Assembly: GCA_965219995.1 (NCBI GenBank)
Contig: CBDCOX010000002.1
Location: 3,904,001 to 3,968,000, forward strand
DNA length: 64,000 bases
Source of the DNA: Candidatus Latescibacterota bacterium
GTDB taxonomy: Bacteria > Latescibacterota > UBA2968 > GCA-2709665
Reading direction: 5' to 3'
Below are positions 29,011 through 41,451 of this stretch, piece after piece (the stretch's first letter is position 1; the number at the start of each line of letters is the position of its first letter). The notes below the pieces were generated by a model. It ran no database searches. It worked only from the letters and a program-made list of their open reading frames with translations, and had not been told where the DNA came from. A program made the position numbers and the translations under genes.

Positions 29011-29080
29011 GACCCTTTGCCGACCCTTCGACCCTTCGGCAGGCTCAGTGCACCGCAAGCTCAGGGACCGGCTCAGGTCG
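29011..29080. repeat. Nested REP-like repeat (CTGAGCTTGTCGAAGG family)
   Basis: Reverse complement reads gagccggtccctgagcttg[cggtgcactgagcctgccgaagg]gtcgaaggg; the first 19 nt are identical to the 4690 copy. Confidence 0.7.
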
Positions 29081-29133
29081 CCAGGTCCATGGCTTGTAAT
29101 AATGTAAACTGTGGAGTGTTCCCAAAATAATTC

Positions 29134-29727
29134 TCAAATAAGGACGGCCCCAACGGCGTCGAGTCGATATTGGCTGCCGTCGTATGCAATGGTCGTAACG
29201 GAGCATTCCCGTACTGCTTCACTGCTATACGGGTCATCGCAGAATCCCGGCCTGATCCGGTTCAATTCATCAGCCGAAAACACGTTGAGAAGGAAGTCCG
29301 CCAGGACACCTCCATGGGTTACCCCGATCACGGTATCTCCTGATGACCGACGATGGCAATCGGAAACAAAAGCCTCTATGCGTCTGCCAGCCCCGATGCT
29401 CGAATCGCCAACATCGGGTTCGTAGTCCCGTTCCATGGAACAGCGCTCCTACTGGGCCAGGAATTCGTCGAAGGTCTGGCCTTCGATATCTCCCCAGTTC
29501 AACCGTTCACGGAGGCGTGAATCTTCAGTCAACTCGAGATTCAGAACGGCGGCGATGATTTCTGCCGTCTCTCTCGTCCGTGCAAGCGGACTGCAGAAGA
29601 TCCGCGCGACGCCTTCCGATACCAGCCACCCTGCCAGACTCTCCGCCTCTTCCCGACCCTCGGACGTCAGTGACGGATTCCCGATCCTTCGTTCTCTCTT
29701 CCCGTGTCGAATAAAGTGACAACGCAT
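29134..29727 (-). pseudogene. Histidine phosphatase family protein with in-frame TAG
   Basis: IRHG, SPL.RT.ETA, LRER, THGG motifs are split over two same-frame ORFs by TAG at 29449-29451 (FLAQ*ERCS). Confidence 0.82.
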
Positions 29728-29945
29728 AGCGTCTGCCCGATCGTATTCCCCGATCCCCCGAATAACCCGGTACCGCGTGGTACAAGTACCTATGCTACGT
29801 CCCCTCTGACGTCGCCCATCGCTCGTTTCTTAGCCATCCTGACGATCTGCGCCGATACAACCGCTGAGGCTGCCGTCAGGGACACCAGGCCTCCGCGCAT
29901 ATGGGTTGGTGAAGGCTTCCGCTTCACGTCAAGCCGAGAAGACGG

Positions 29946-30074
29946 GAGATTCTTCGCTGCGCTCAGAATGACAAGTTTTGCAATCGTCATAAGTAAATGT
30001 TACGGTAATACATGCGCCTGTTTTGTCATCCTGACGAAGCCGTTGTGAAGGTGGGGCGGACATTCCTGTCTGCC
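29946..30074. repeat. Cluster of REP-like motifs (GTCATTCTGAGCGCAGCGAAGAATCT and GTGGGGCGGACATTCCTGTCTGCC types)
   Basis: gagattcttcgctgcgctcagaatgaca 29946-29973, tgtcatcctgacgaag ~30024, gtggggcggacattcctgtctgcc 30051-30074; these are palindromic intergenic motifs. Confidence 0.6.
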
Positions 30075-30092
30075 TGCCTCGCTGGCCTTGTT

Positions 30093-30674
30093 TCACGGCT
30101 CAATCGGAGCAAGATCAATCGGTGTCAGGACGCCGAAGAAGCCATATTTGATACCGGATGGATCGCCCTTGCCAGGCGGAAAGTACTCCTCGATCAGCTC
30201 CAGGAGACGGCGGTTGAATTCGGCCGCCTGTTCTTCCGAGAGACGAGCGCGGTTATGGTTGACCGAACTTTGAAATCTCGGGCCGAATATGCCGTCCGCG
30301 CTTTCGCGAAACGCCTGGTTGAATTGGCAAACGACCTCGCGAGGCAAGGGCTCGTCGGTTTCAGCCGTCTCATCAATCGGGTCGACAAATCGTATCCTGC
30401 AGGCCGCGGGCACGCAACGTCACGCCCTCGGGTCTCTATCGGTTTTGTCAAGATTAACGACATCTGAGTCCGCGAGACGTTCCAGGTGACGGAGAACCCG
30501 GGTGTCGGTAACGCCCAGCATTGACGAAATCTCCGCCACGGATTTCCCCGCGCCAAGCGTCTCCAGGATGCGCAACCGGAGGGGGTCCGAGACGACATTG
30601 ACCCGCTCGTCATCGATAACAAGCACCGATCCGGTTTTTGCACCAGGAAATGCCAATTCGCGCCAGCCCGCCAT
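30093..30674 (-). pseudogene. ArsR-type winged-helix regulator with in-frame TGA
   Basis: SDPLRLRILETL..GKSVAEIS..LG......RHL..L; the same-frame C-half has RLSEEQAAEF..RL..LI; TGA at 30420-30422 (DPRA*RCVP). Confidence 0.75.
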
Positions 30675-30725
30675 TCAATGCCTCCGTCGGAATGGTATCG
30701 CAGGTTTCCCGCTTTGTTTGACGTT

Positions 30726-30941
30726 TCATTGGACCACGACAATTTCACGTTCCGCTTCTGCAGGCGCAGCACGAAGTCCGTCCTCTCGCCGGTCTTCGAG
30801 GATGAGGGATATTGCTTCCTTTAAGCTCGCAAGTGCTTCATTCTTCGTCTTACCTTGCCCGTTGGCGCCCGGGATCTCAGCGCAATAAGCGATGATCCAA
30901 TCGTCGTCGTATTCGATCACGGCGGTGAATTCGTTTCTCAT
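30726..30941 (-). CDS. hicB: HicB-family antitoxin (short form)
   Basis: FTAVIE.D..W.IAYC.EIPGANGQG.T..EA..SL.EAI.LILED. Confidence 0.85.
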   Translation of the reverse strand: MRNEFTAVIEYDDDWIIAYCAEIPGANGQGKTKNEALASLKEAISLILEDRREDGLRAAPAEAEREIVVVQ

Positions 30942-31051
30942 TTAAATCCCTCCTGGAATTCCTTTCCAATGCTGATTGCATATAACTACTGCAGATTGTC
31001 AGGGAAAAATACGTCAAAAGGGAGCTGCGTGTGCCACTTTCCAGGTCCGCA

Positions 31052-31528
31052 CTATCCCAGCCTGGTGCTGAGCCATGCTCGCAGCTTTTCCGCGTAGGGT
31101 CTGCGCTGTTCCGGGCTCGTAAAGTGACGACGTTCGAAATACAGTTTGTCGTTTTCCCACCGCGGGAAGACGTGCAGGTGATAATGCCAGACATCCTGGT
31201 TGCCGGCGGGCTCGTTGTGCTGGCGAGATGAGACGCCGTCGCAGCCATAGGTCTCCTTGAACCCGATGGAGATCTCTCTCGCGACCTCCTGAATTCGCGC
31301 CAGCAGATGCGTTGGCATGGCGTAGACATTCTCGATGTGCTCGTTCGGAATCACAAGCGCGTGACCGGGATTCCTCGGCCACCAGGCGGCAGAGATAAAA
31401 GCCGTAACGTCGCCGTCCCGAAACACAACGTCATCCTGCTTCGTCCAAACGTGCTCGTTTTCAACTCCCTGCGCCACAAGACAGAACGGGCAGGTATAGT
31501 CCGCAGGGGCGTGAGTGCGCATTTCCAT
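31052..31528 (-). CDS. HIT family hydrolase
   Basis: CPFC, PGHALVIP..H, GNQDVWHYHLHVFPR (HxHxH). Confidence 0.92.
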   Translation of the reverse strand: MEMRTHAPADYTCPFCLVAQGVENEHVWTKQDDVVFRDGDVTAFISAAWWPRNPGHALVIPNEHIENVYAMPTHLLARIQEVAREISIGFKETYGCDGVSSRQHNEPAGNQDVWHYHLHVFPRWENDKLYFERRHFTSPEQRRPYAEKLRAWLSTRLG

Positions 31529-31569
31529 CTGTGTGGGTCTTATTTTTACCGCTGCTCTTTCGCCCGAAT

Positions 31570-31860
31570 TCAACTCGCCGGTTGTCTTGCGCCGGATCGT
31601 TCCAACTCAACCTTCAGATCAAGGGCGTGGCATACCTTTAGAAACGTCGTCAGATTGCAATTGATCCCATTTTCCACCTTTGACAACTGCTGCTGCGTGA
31701 CCTTCGCTTTCCTGGCGACCTCCAACTGAGAAAGCCCCAGTTGTGCACGCATATGGTGGATCTTCAGAGACAGTTCAGTAAGCTGTCGCTCCTCCTCGTA
31801 CAGTCTTCTGAATCGCTCATCTCTTAGCTTCTCTTTCAGATGACGTCTAAAGCTCCTCAT
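31570..31860 (-). CDS. XRE HTH antitoxin (HigA-like)
   Basis: F..HL.EKL.D..F...YEEE...R..LGLSQ.EVA.KA.VTQQQLSKVENG.N. Confidence 0.85.
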   Translation of the reverse strand: MRSFRRHLKEKLRDERFRRLYEEERQLTELSLKIHHMRAQLGLSQLEVARKAKVTQQQLSKVENGINCNLTTFLKVCHALDLKVELERSGARQPAS

Positions 31861-31900
31861 CCAGTACCGCCTTTAGCCTGTTCTCGTCAAATCGAGACCC
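31847..31900 (-). pseudogene. Putative C-terminal remnant of a RelE/HigB-type toxin
   Basis: ...SRFDENRLKAVLDEEL* overlaps the antitoxin start as in toxin-antitoxin pairs; the rest of the gene is absent. Confidence 0.4.
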
Positions 31901-31959
31901 GAGGATTCGCGACTGCACCGAAACGCACCACCCCGAAATCTCAGCATTCCCAATATACC

Positions 31960-31983
31960 AAAAATGCCCCCGAACGGGGGCAT
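31960..31983 (-). terminator. Rho-independent terminator after the histidine kinase
   Basis: ATGCCCCC-GTTC-GGGGGCAT-TTTT on the minus strand. Confidence 0.8.
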
Positions 31984-32044
31984 CATCTCCAATCGCATCC
32001 GGACTCTTTCTTACCGTAAATACATTCAGCGGGTGCTCCACTCC

Positions 32045-35314
<3,270 letters not shown>

Positions 35315-35330
35315 TTCAGACCGTCCTGTG

Positions 35331-36980
35331 CTATGGGAAGACGCCTCTCAGGAGCTTCGCCTGAGTCACGCGGTGAATGCCCTCTATCAGCGCCGCTGTA
35401 CGCATATCCAGCCCATCGCGCTCGGACCGGTGTATCGTCCGCCGGAACGCGTGGAGCAGTATCTGCCTGAGCCGCTCGTTGATTTCGTCGAGGGTCCACA
35501 TGTAATTCTGGGTGTCCTGCACCCACTCGAAATAGGAAACCGTAACCCCTCCGGCGTTTCCGAGCACGTCCGGAAGAATAAACACGTCCTTGTCTTTCAG
35601 GATTTCGTCGGCCTCCAGTGTGGTGGGGCCGTTGGCGCCTTCGGCCAGAATCCTGCATGAGATGTTCTCGGCATTGTCCACGGTGATCTGATTCTGCAGG
35701 GCCGCGGGTACAAGAATGTCGCACGGGATCTCAAGCAATTCCCGATTGCTCACGGCGTCGCCGCCGGTGTAACCTTCCAGAACCTGGTTTTCATCCGTAT
35801 GCCTCAGCAGCGAATCCACGGACAGACCATCTGGGTTGTAAATGCCGGTGGTCACGTCGCTCACGCCCACGAGCCTGACCCCGCAGGCGTTCAGAAACCG
35901 CGCGACATTGCTCCCCACGTTCCCGAACCCCTGGACGATGGCGGTCGCGTTGGTCAGGTCCATCCCGATATGTCTGGCCGCTTCCTCCACGAGATACACC
36001 AGCCCCCGTCCCGTCGCCTCGCGGCGTCCTTCGGAGCCGCCCAGCACCACCGGTTTGCCCGTTACGACCGCGGGCACTGTATGTCCCATCTGGTGGCTGT
36101 AGGTGTCCATCATCCACGCCATAACGTGTTCGTCCGTGCCCATGTCCGGCGCGGGGATGTCCTTTTGCGGTCCGATCACGTCGATGATCTCCGACGTATA
36201 ACGGCGTGTCAGGCGCTGCAGTTCGGTACGAGAGAGGACGGTGGGGTCAATCCGGACGCCCCCCTTGGCGCCGCCGAACGGGAGGTTCATCAAGGCGCAC
36301 TTCCAGGTCATCCACATGGCCAGGGCGGTTACCTCGCCCAGGTTCACGTCGTGATGGTATCGAACGCCGCCCTTGGTGGGCCCCATCGTCAAGAGATGCT
36401 GGATCCGGTAACCGGCAACCGTCTCCACGTATTCGTGTTCGTCCCGCCGGAACGGAAACGTGACGACGTGGGTGCGCTGGGGAAAAAGCAGCCGCTGCCG
36501 GATATTGTCATCCAGTTCCATCAGGTGGGCGGCCTTCAGAAATTGCTGCTGCGCCAACCGGAACATGGGCGATTCCCATTCGGCGTGCTGCGCCCGGCTG
36601 CGCTCCACGGCGTATCGAATCGACCGCACCAGCAACGCGCCGTTCATATTCGACTTGACGAGATAGTCCTGCGCGCCGGCTTCGACGGCCCGCGCCGCGA
36701 GTTTGATGTCCTGCAGACCGGACAGGATCACAACCGGCAGGTCCGGATATGGCGCGCGGACCCGGAAATACGTGTCCAGGTCCTCGCTGTCGGGCAGCAC
36801 GAGGTCCAGCAGCAACAGCTCATACCCGTACGCCGCAAGCCGGTTCAGCCCTTCCGCGAGCGTGCCCGCCGAATCCACCTCGAACTCCGGGCCCTCGGAT
36901 TTGGCAAGCAGTTCCCGAATCAGGCGGGTGTGAAGCGGATTGTCCTCAATCAGCAGCGTCTTCAGGCTTTTTCCTGGCAT
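35331..36980 (-). CDS. Response regulator receiver fused to Glu/Leu/Phe/Val (glutamate) dehydrogenase
   Basis: REC: IEDN, LLLDLVLPD, ILSG, DYLVK. GDH: KGGVRYH, MTWKCA..LPFGGAKGG, DIPAPD, TGKP, GFGNVG, EGANGP, NAGGVTVSYFEWVQ. Confidence 0.93.
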   Translation of the reverse strand: MPGKSLKTLLIEDNPLHTRLIRELLAKSEGPEFEVDSAGTLAEGLNRLAAYGYELLLLDLVLPDSEDLDTYFRVRAPYPDLPVVILSGLQDIKLAARAVEAGAQDYLVKSNMNGALLVRSIRYAVERSRAQHAEWESPMFRLAQQQFLKAAHLMELDDNIRQRLLFPQRTHVVTFPFRRDEHEYVETVAGYRIQHLLTMGPTKGGVRYHHDVNLGEVTALAMWMTWKCALMNLPFGGAKGGVRIDPTVLSRTELQRLTRRYTSEIIDVIGPQKDIPAPDMGTDEHVMAWMMDTYSHQMGHTVPAVVTGKPVVLGGSEGRREATGRGLVYLVEEAARHIGMDLTNATAIVQGFGNVGSNVARFLNACGVRLVGVSDVTTGIYNPDGLSVDSLLRHTDENQVLEGYTGGDAVSNRELLEIPCDILVPAALQNQITVDNAENISCRILAEGANGPTTLEADEILKDKDVFILPDVLGNAGGVTVSYFEWVQDTQNYMWTLDEINERLRQILLHAFRRTIHRSERDGLDMRTAALIEGIHRVTQAKLLRGVFP

Positions 36981-37028
36981 AGCCCCGCTGTCCGCGCGAT
37001 TTCAAGTGAGTGACGCATGCCTCGATAC

Positions 37029-37069
37029 AGTCCTATCGGATATTTAGTCCTATTGCCGATTCCAGTCAA
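37029..37069 (-). promoter_or_regulatory. Putative promoter with ATAGGACT direct repeat
   Basis: TTGACT-17-TAAATA; AGTCCTAT at 37029-37036 and 37046-37053. Confidence 0.45.
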
Positions 37070-37222
37070 GTCCAAAGCGTTGAATGACACGCTTTCGCAG
37101 GATTCCCCTCTGTGGTGTACGGAGAAAAGGCAGGGTATCTCCGATGCCCCGCCCATCTTTCGCCCGCAAACCGATCCCGTCGATTAAGACGAATGGATCC
37201 GTTTCGGGTTGCACGTTATCCG

Positions 37223-38194
37223 TTACCTGTCGTCTCTTCGCAGGTCCAGCCAGTCCAGTTCGTCAGGCGTCAACCGGATTCCCATCGCCTCCTGATTCTG
37301 GCGGCTCTCCTCGGCCGATCTGCAGCCCGACACCGTGAACAGGTTCAGCGGCTGGTTGAAGAGAAACGCGAGCGCGATCTGTGCCACGGTTTTCCCCCGC
37401 ACGCAAGCAAGTTCGGTCGCGCGTTCCAGCCGGGTGAAGTTTTCTTCGTGGCCATAGACCTGCGCACAGCCTTCCGTCGTTTGTTTCGACATTTGAGTGA
37501 TGTTCTCCCGGGTCAGGAGACCGGAAAAGAATCCCTGCGCCAGGCTGGACCAGGAGAACACCGGCATCTGCGATTCCCGGTACCAGGCCCTTTCCTCGGC
37601 TCCTCGAGGGCCGGAGATACTCAGACAGCCCTCCCAGATTTCATTCATACGCACGGCCAGGCTGAAGTTCGGGCTGCTGGCAACAAATGGCGTCAGGCCG
37701 TGATGCCGCGCGTACGTATTGGCCTCGCGGATCCGACTCACGGACCAGTTGGAACCTCCGAAGGCGCGGATGCGCCCTTCGGACACATGTTCGTTCAATG
37801 CCTCCACGAGCGGTGCGACCGGCACCTCCGGATCGTCCCGGTGCAGCAGATAGAGATCGATGGTATCCGTTTTGAGCCGCGCCAGGGAATCGAACAGGTC
37901 GGATGCGATGTCGAATACCGTCACCCTGCGGTTGCGGTCGGCGTTGGGATGGCCGCCTTTGCTCAGAATGAATACATCGTCTCGATTGCCGCGCCGGTCC
38001 ATCCAGGCGCCCAGCGCCCGCTCCGCTTTTCCGTTTCCGTAGACCGGCGCGGTATCGAAGCTGTTGCAGCCCAGCGCGCGAACTTCGTCGAGAAAAGCGA
38101 TGCTCCGCTCGAGATCGTCGGTCGACACCATAAGCGTGCCCTGGACGAGCCGGGAAACCGGTTTGTCAATGCCCTCGATACGGCCGTACTTCAT
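37223..38194 (-). CDS. Aldo/keto reductase
   Basis: FDTAPVYG.G.AE..LG, SKGG, IDLYLLHRD, G.IRAFG.SNW. Confidence 0.92.
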   Translation of the reverse strand: MKYGRIEGIDKPVSRLVQGTLMVSTDDLERSIAFLDEVRALGCNSFDTAPVYGNGKAERALGAWMDRRGNRDDVFILSKGGHPNADRNRRVTVFDIASDLFDSLARLKTDTIDLYLLHRDDPEVPVAPLVEALNEHVSEGRIRAFGGSNWSVSRIREANTYARHHGLTPFVASSPNFSLAVRMNEIWEGCLSISGPRGAEERAWYRESQMPVFSWSSLAQGFFSGLLTRENITQMSKQTTEGCAQVYGHEENFTRLERATELACVRGKTVAQIALAFLFNQPLNLFTVSGCRSAEESRQNQEAMGIRLTPDELDWLDLRRDDR

Positions 38195-38217
38195 CAGGAG
38201 CTCCATATTAAATATGA

Positions 38218-38235
38218 TATAGTATATATACTATA
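38218..38235. promoter_or_regulatory. 18-bp perfect palindrome, candidate operator
   Basis: TATAGTATATATACTATA in an AT-rich patch just upstream of the AKR start. Confidence 0.5.
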
Positions 38236-38279
38236 ATTAGTATGTTTTGCAATGTCGGAAAGCAGCGATCAGTTAAAGG

Positions 38280-38528
38280 CGGTAAGACGTTAGAGGTAAG
38301 ACGGTAGATGATGTCGCCGCGTCTACGGGATATCGTTATGGCTTGGCGAAGTCAATCAGCGATACGGGCGGAACCTCTTTCCCCAGCCCCTCAACCCCGG
38401 GGTAGACGAGAGACGGGAGACGTGAGATGATGTCACCGCCTGTCCGGTATCATCTCTTGCCGGAGGCATTTAGGAAGAACCAATTGGGCACGGATGTCAT
38501 CTACCGTCTAACGTCTACCGTCTCACCG
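38280..38528. repeat. Heptamer-periodic (AGACGGT) repeat element, second copy
   Basis: Arrays at 38280-38315 and 38401-38434, and an inverted array at 38495-38528; the 84-bp core matches 4417-4500. Confidence 0.75.
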
Positions 38529-38537
38529 GTTTCCGGT

Positions 38538-39524
38538 TTATTCCATCGGGAATTTCAGCCCGATCTGATCGCGGATCGTGTCCATCGTTTCCATGATCGA
38601 GACGGATTCGTCCAGTGGGATTTCGTCGCTCTCGAGTTTCCCTTCACGCAGGTAACGACCCACCGCTTCCGCCTGGCAATTGTACCCATTCCCGTCGAAC
38701 GGGCGTTCGACCGTCGTCTCCTCACCGCCTTTCACGAGCGTCGCGGTCGTTCCGCGCCAGTACGGCGGATGGATACGAATCATCCCTTCGGTGCCCATGA
38801 TGTGAGCCCAGTGGGACGTGCTGCACTGGATCGACGTATACAGCATCGCCATTTCTCCCCCGTCGTATCCCAGCATCATCCCCGCCTGCTCGTCCACCTT
38901 CAGATCGCCAATGTGGGCCATGCCCGCCACCCGCGACGGCGCGCGCCGGAACACCATGGAGGCGAACGACAGCGAATAGATGCCTACGTCCATCAGCGCA
39001 CCGCCGCCCAGGGCAGGGTCATAGAGGCGTGACTTCGTGCTGCCGGGACGCGACCCGAACCCGAAGTCCGCCGCGACCATCCGGACGTCGCCGATCGCGC
39101 CTTCCGCCAACCACTTTCGCACCTGAACCATGATCGGCAGGAAGCGGGTCCACATGGCCTCCATCAGGAAGAGGCCTTCCTCGCGCGCAACGGCAACGAG
39201 TTCCGCGGCTTCCGGTCGATTGATGGTGAAGGGCTTCTCGCACAGGACCGCTTTCCCCGCCTTGAGACAGAGGATGCTGTTCTCCTTGTGGAACGTATGC
39301 GGCGTGGCAACGTAAATGACGTCCACGTCCGGGTCGTTCGCCAGGGCCTCGTAGCTCGGGTGCCTCCGCGAAATGCCGAATTCGTCTCCGAACGCATCCG
39401 CCGCCGCCTGAGTCCGCGAACCCACGGCAACCGGTTCCGCGTCCCCAACCGCCGCCAGGCCCTTCACGAACGACTTTGCGATGGCCCCCGTGCTCAGGAT
39501 ACCCCATCGGATCCTCTCGTCCAT
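38538..39524 (-). CDS. Gfo/Idh/MocA family oxidoreductase
   Basis: WGILSTGAIA, VLCEKP, EAMWTRFLP, GGGALMDVGIY; AGGAG RBS. Confidence 0.92.
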   Translation of the reverse strand: MDERIRWGILSTGAIAKSFVKGLAAVGDAEPVAVGSRTQAAADAFGDEFGISRRHPSYEALANDPDVDVIYVATPHTFHKENSILCLKAGKAVLCEKPFTINRPEAAELVAVAREEGLFLMEAMWTRFLPIMVQVRKWLAEGAIGDVRMVAADFGFGSRPGSTKSRLYDPALGGGALMDVGIYSLSFASMVFRRAPSRVAGMAHIGDLKVDEQAGMMLGYDGGEMAMLYTSIQCSTSHWAHIMGTEGMIRIHPPYWRGTTATLVKGGEETTVERPFDGNGYNCQAEAVGRYLREGKLESDEIPLDESVSIMETMDTIRDQIGLKFPME

Positions 39525-39583
39525 CTCCTTTTCCCCTCTGTAATTTCCGCGCTCACCGGGTGCGGACGTTTCGACGTGACCGA

Positions 39584-41440
39584 TTATCCGCCGGCGTCGC
39601 GGGCGGTTCCGTCTTCGCCCGCGGAGAGCACGCGGTGCGACAGCGCCTCCAGTTGCGCAAGCGGCTCTTCCAGGCTGCGGATCGCCTGCACCCAGAAGTC
39701 CGGCTGCTCGAGGTCGCTTCCGATACTGCGTGTGGCCACGTTCTCGGCATTGTCGCTGCCGGTTAACCGCAGGAACCTCTCGTACCGGGGCAGAAAGTCC
39801 GGCCCTTCGTTCTTGAACATGGCAAAGAGTCCGCGGCTCAGCAGATAGCCGAACGTATACGGAAAATTGTAAAACGTGACTCCCGTGATATAGAAATGGA
39901 GCTTGGAAGCCCAGAACCAGGGGTCCTCTTCCCCCTCCTGAAGCACGTCGCCGAACACCCCGCGCTGCTTTTCGGTCATCAGCGCCTTCAGCCGGGATAC
40001 GCTCAGTTCTCCGCTGTTTCGCTCCTCGTAGAGCGCCTTCTCGAACTGGAACCGCACCGGGATGTCCATCAGATAGGCGCCCGCGTGTCCCACCTCCGAG
40101 TCCAGAATCACTGCTTTCTGAAGGTCGTCCGCGTCCGGATCCGAAAGGACGCCATCGGCCAGGATCATCTCCGCGAACGTGGAGGCCGACTCCGCAAGCG
40201 TCATCGGATAGTGCCTCGCGAAGGGCCGCAAATCGCGCATCACGTGGCTGTGAAACGCGTGCCCGGCCTCGTGCGCGAGCGTCAGGGCGTCGCCCATGGT
40301 GTTGTTGTACGTCATGAATATCCGCGACTCGGAAATCATCGTCGATCCCGTGCAGAAACCGCCGGGCCGTTTTCCGGCGCGCGGCTCGTAGTCGATCCAC
40401 CGCCTGTCGTACATGTCCTGCGTAAACCTTCCCAGGGCCGGATACGCCCTGGCGAACGCCCCCTGCACCAGGGTTTTCCCCTCATCCCAATCCATCGGCG
40501 ACACATCGGGAAAGGGCAGCGGCGCGCCGAGGTCATACCAGGCCACCTTGTCCACGCCCATCGCCTTCGCCCGGAAACGCTGGATCCGCCGCCCCACCTC
40601 GATTTCTGAAAATATCGCGTCGAACATCGCGTCCAGCGTCTTCCGCGTAATGGCGGACTGGAACAGGGCGACCTCCAGAAAATGCGGGACCTCGCGATAG
40701 CGGTTCATGGTCAGCCGCGTTCCGGATATCGCGTTCAATGCCGCAGCCGCAACGTCTTCCACGCTTTCCCACGCGGCGTTGCCCCTCTCGAACGCGGCCC
40801 GCCGGACCCGGCGGTCCGGATTCTCCATCAGCGACCGCCGCTGTGAAATGGGAACCATGTCCTCCCGGCCGTCGGGAAACCGCATCCGGAACTCCAGCTT
40901 TCCGGACAGGGTATCGTAAAGCCGGCCCCACGCCGAGATACCGTCCACTCTCAGGTCGGCCGCGAGCGCTTCTCTTGCCGAATCCATCGTGTAGCGCGCC
41001 TCGCGGCGCATCCGTTCCAGGGTATAGCCGGCGTCCGAGAGCGACTCCCGGGCGGCGAGCGCCTTGAAGCCTTCGTCGGACGCCGTCTTCAATCCCCTCA
41101 ACAGCTCCGTCTGGAGCTTGGAAGCCTCGGCGTATTTCAGCGTCAACGCGGCTTCCTCCTTCAGATACGCCTCGTTTCGCGCGTCGGCGGCCGTCAGACA
41201 TCCCACGTAGGAAGCCAGATGGCGCAGCCGCGCGAACAGGTCCTCGCTGCGGACGAAAACGTCCTCCCAGGTCTCAACATTGCCCTCGTCCAGCGGTTTC
41301 AGCGCCATTGTCGTATCCAGCAGATCCCGGGTATCCGAGTCCAGGTCTTTCTTGAAACGGACCATTTCGGGCCCGTTGAACGCCGGGAAATAGCTCGTCA
41401 GATCCCAGTTCATCCCCTCTTCGACAGCAGTCTCCACCAT
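39584..41440 (-). CDS. M3 family oligoendopeptidase (PepF-like)
   Basis: WDL..YF, GKRPGGFC, LAHEAGHAFH, AESAS.FAE, FYNFPYTFG. Confidence 0.92.
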   Translation of the reverse strand: MVETAVEEGMNWDLTSYFPAFNGPEMVRFKKDLDSDTRDLLDTTMALKPLDEGNVETWEDVFVRSEDLFARLRHLASYVGCLTAADARNEAYLKEEAALTLKYAEASKLQTELLRGLKTASDEGFKALAARESLSDAGYTLERMRREARYTMDSAREALAADLRVDGISAWGRLYDTLSGKLEFRMRFPDGREDMVPISQRRSLMENPDRRVRRAAFERGNAAWESVEDVAAAALNAISGTRLTMNRYREVPHFLEVALFQSAITRKTLDAMFDAIFSEIEVGRRIQRFRAKAMGVDKVAWYDLGAPLPFPDVSPMDWDEGKTLVQGAFARAYPALGRFTQDMYDRRWIDYEPRAGKRPGGFCTGSTMISESRIFMTYNNTMGDALTLAHEAGHAFHSHVMRDLRPFARHYPMTLAESASTFAEMILADGVLSDPDADDLQKAVILDSEVGHAGAYLMDIPVRFQFEKALYEERNSGELSVSRLKALMTEKQRGVFGDVLQEGEEDPWFWASKLHFYITGVTFYNFPYTFGYLLSRGLFAMFKNEGPDFLPRYERFLRLTGSDNAENVATRSIGSDLEQPDFWVQAIRSLEEPLAQLEALSHRVLSAGEDGTARDAGG

Positions 41441-41451
41441 TCGTTCCTTTC

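Noticed and set aside
29790-29990. 66-aa ORF
   Set aside because: It starts within a REP motif (VILSAAKNL is the repeat's translation) and has no RBS or family signal.
30420-30422. In-frame TGA as selenocysteine (and TAG at 29449 as pyrrolysine)
   Set aside because: Neither protein family nor motif context suggests Sec or Pyl, there is no evident SECIS-like hairpin, and both are better explained as TGG nonsense mutations.
13456-31900. Classical integron/attC array
   Set aside because: No intI and no convincing R''/R' (RYYYAAC/GTTRRRY) boxes in the spacers I examined; retained only as an attC-less array finding.
39525-40400. Apparent 620-aa Gfo/Idh/MocA fusion protein
   Set aside because: The N-terminal extension is an alternate frame within the M3 peptidase gene; the real start with RBS is at 39524.
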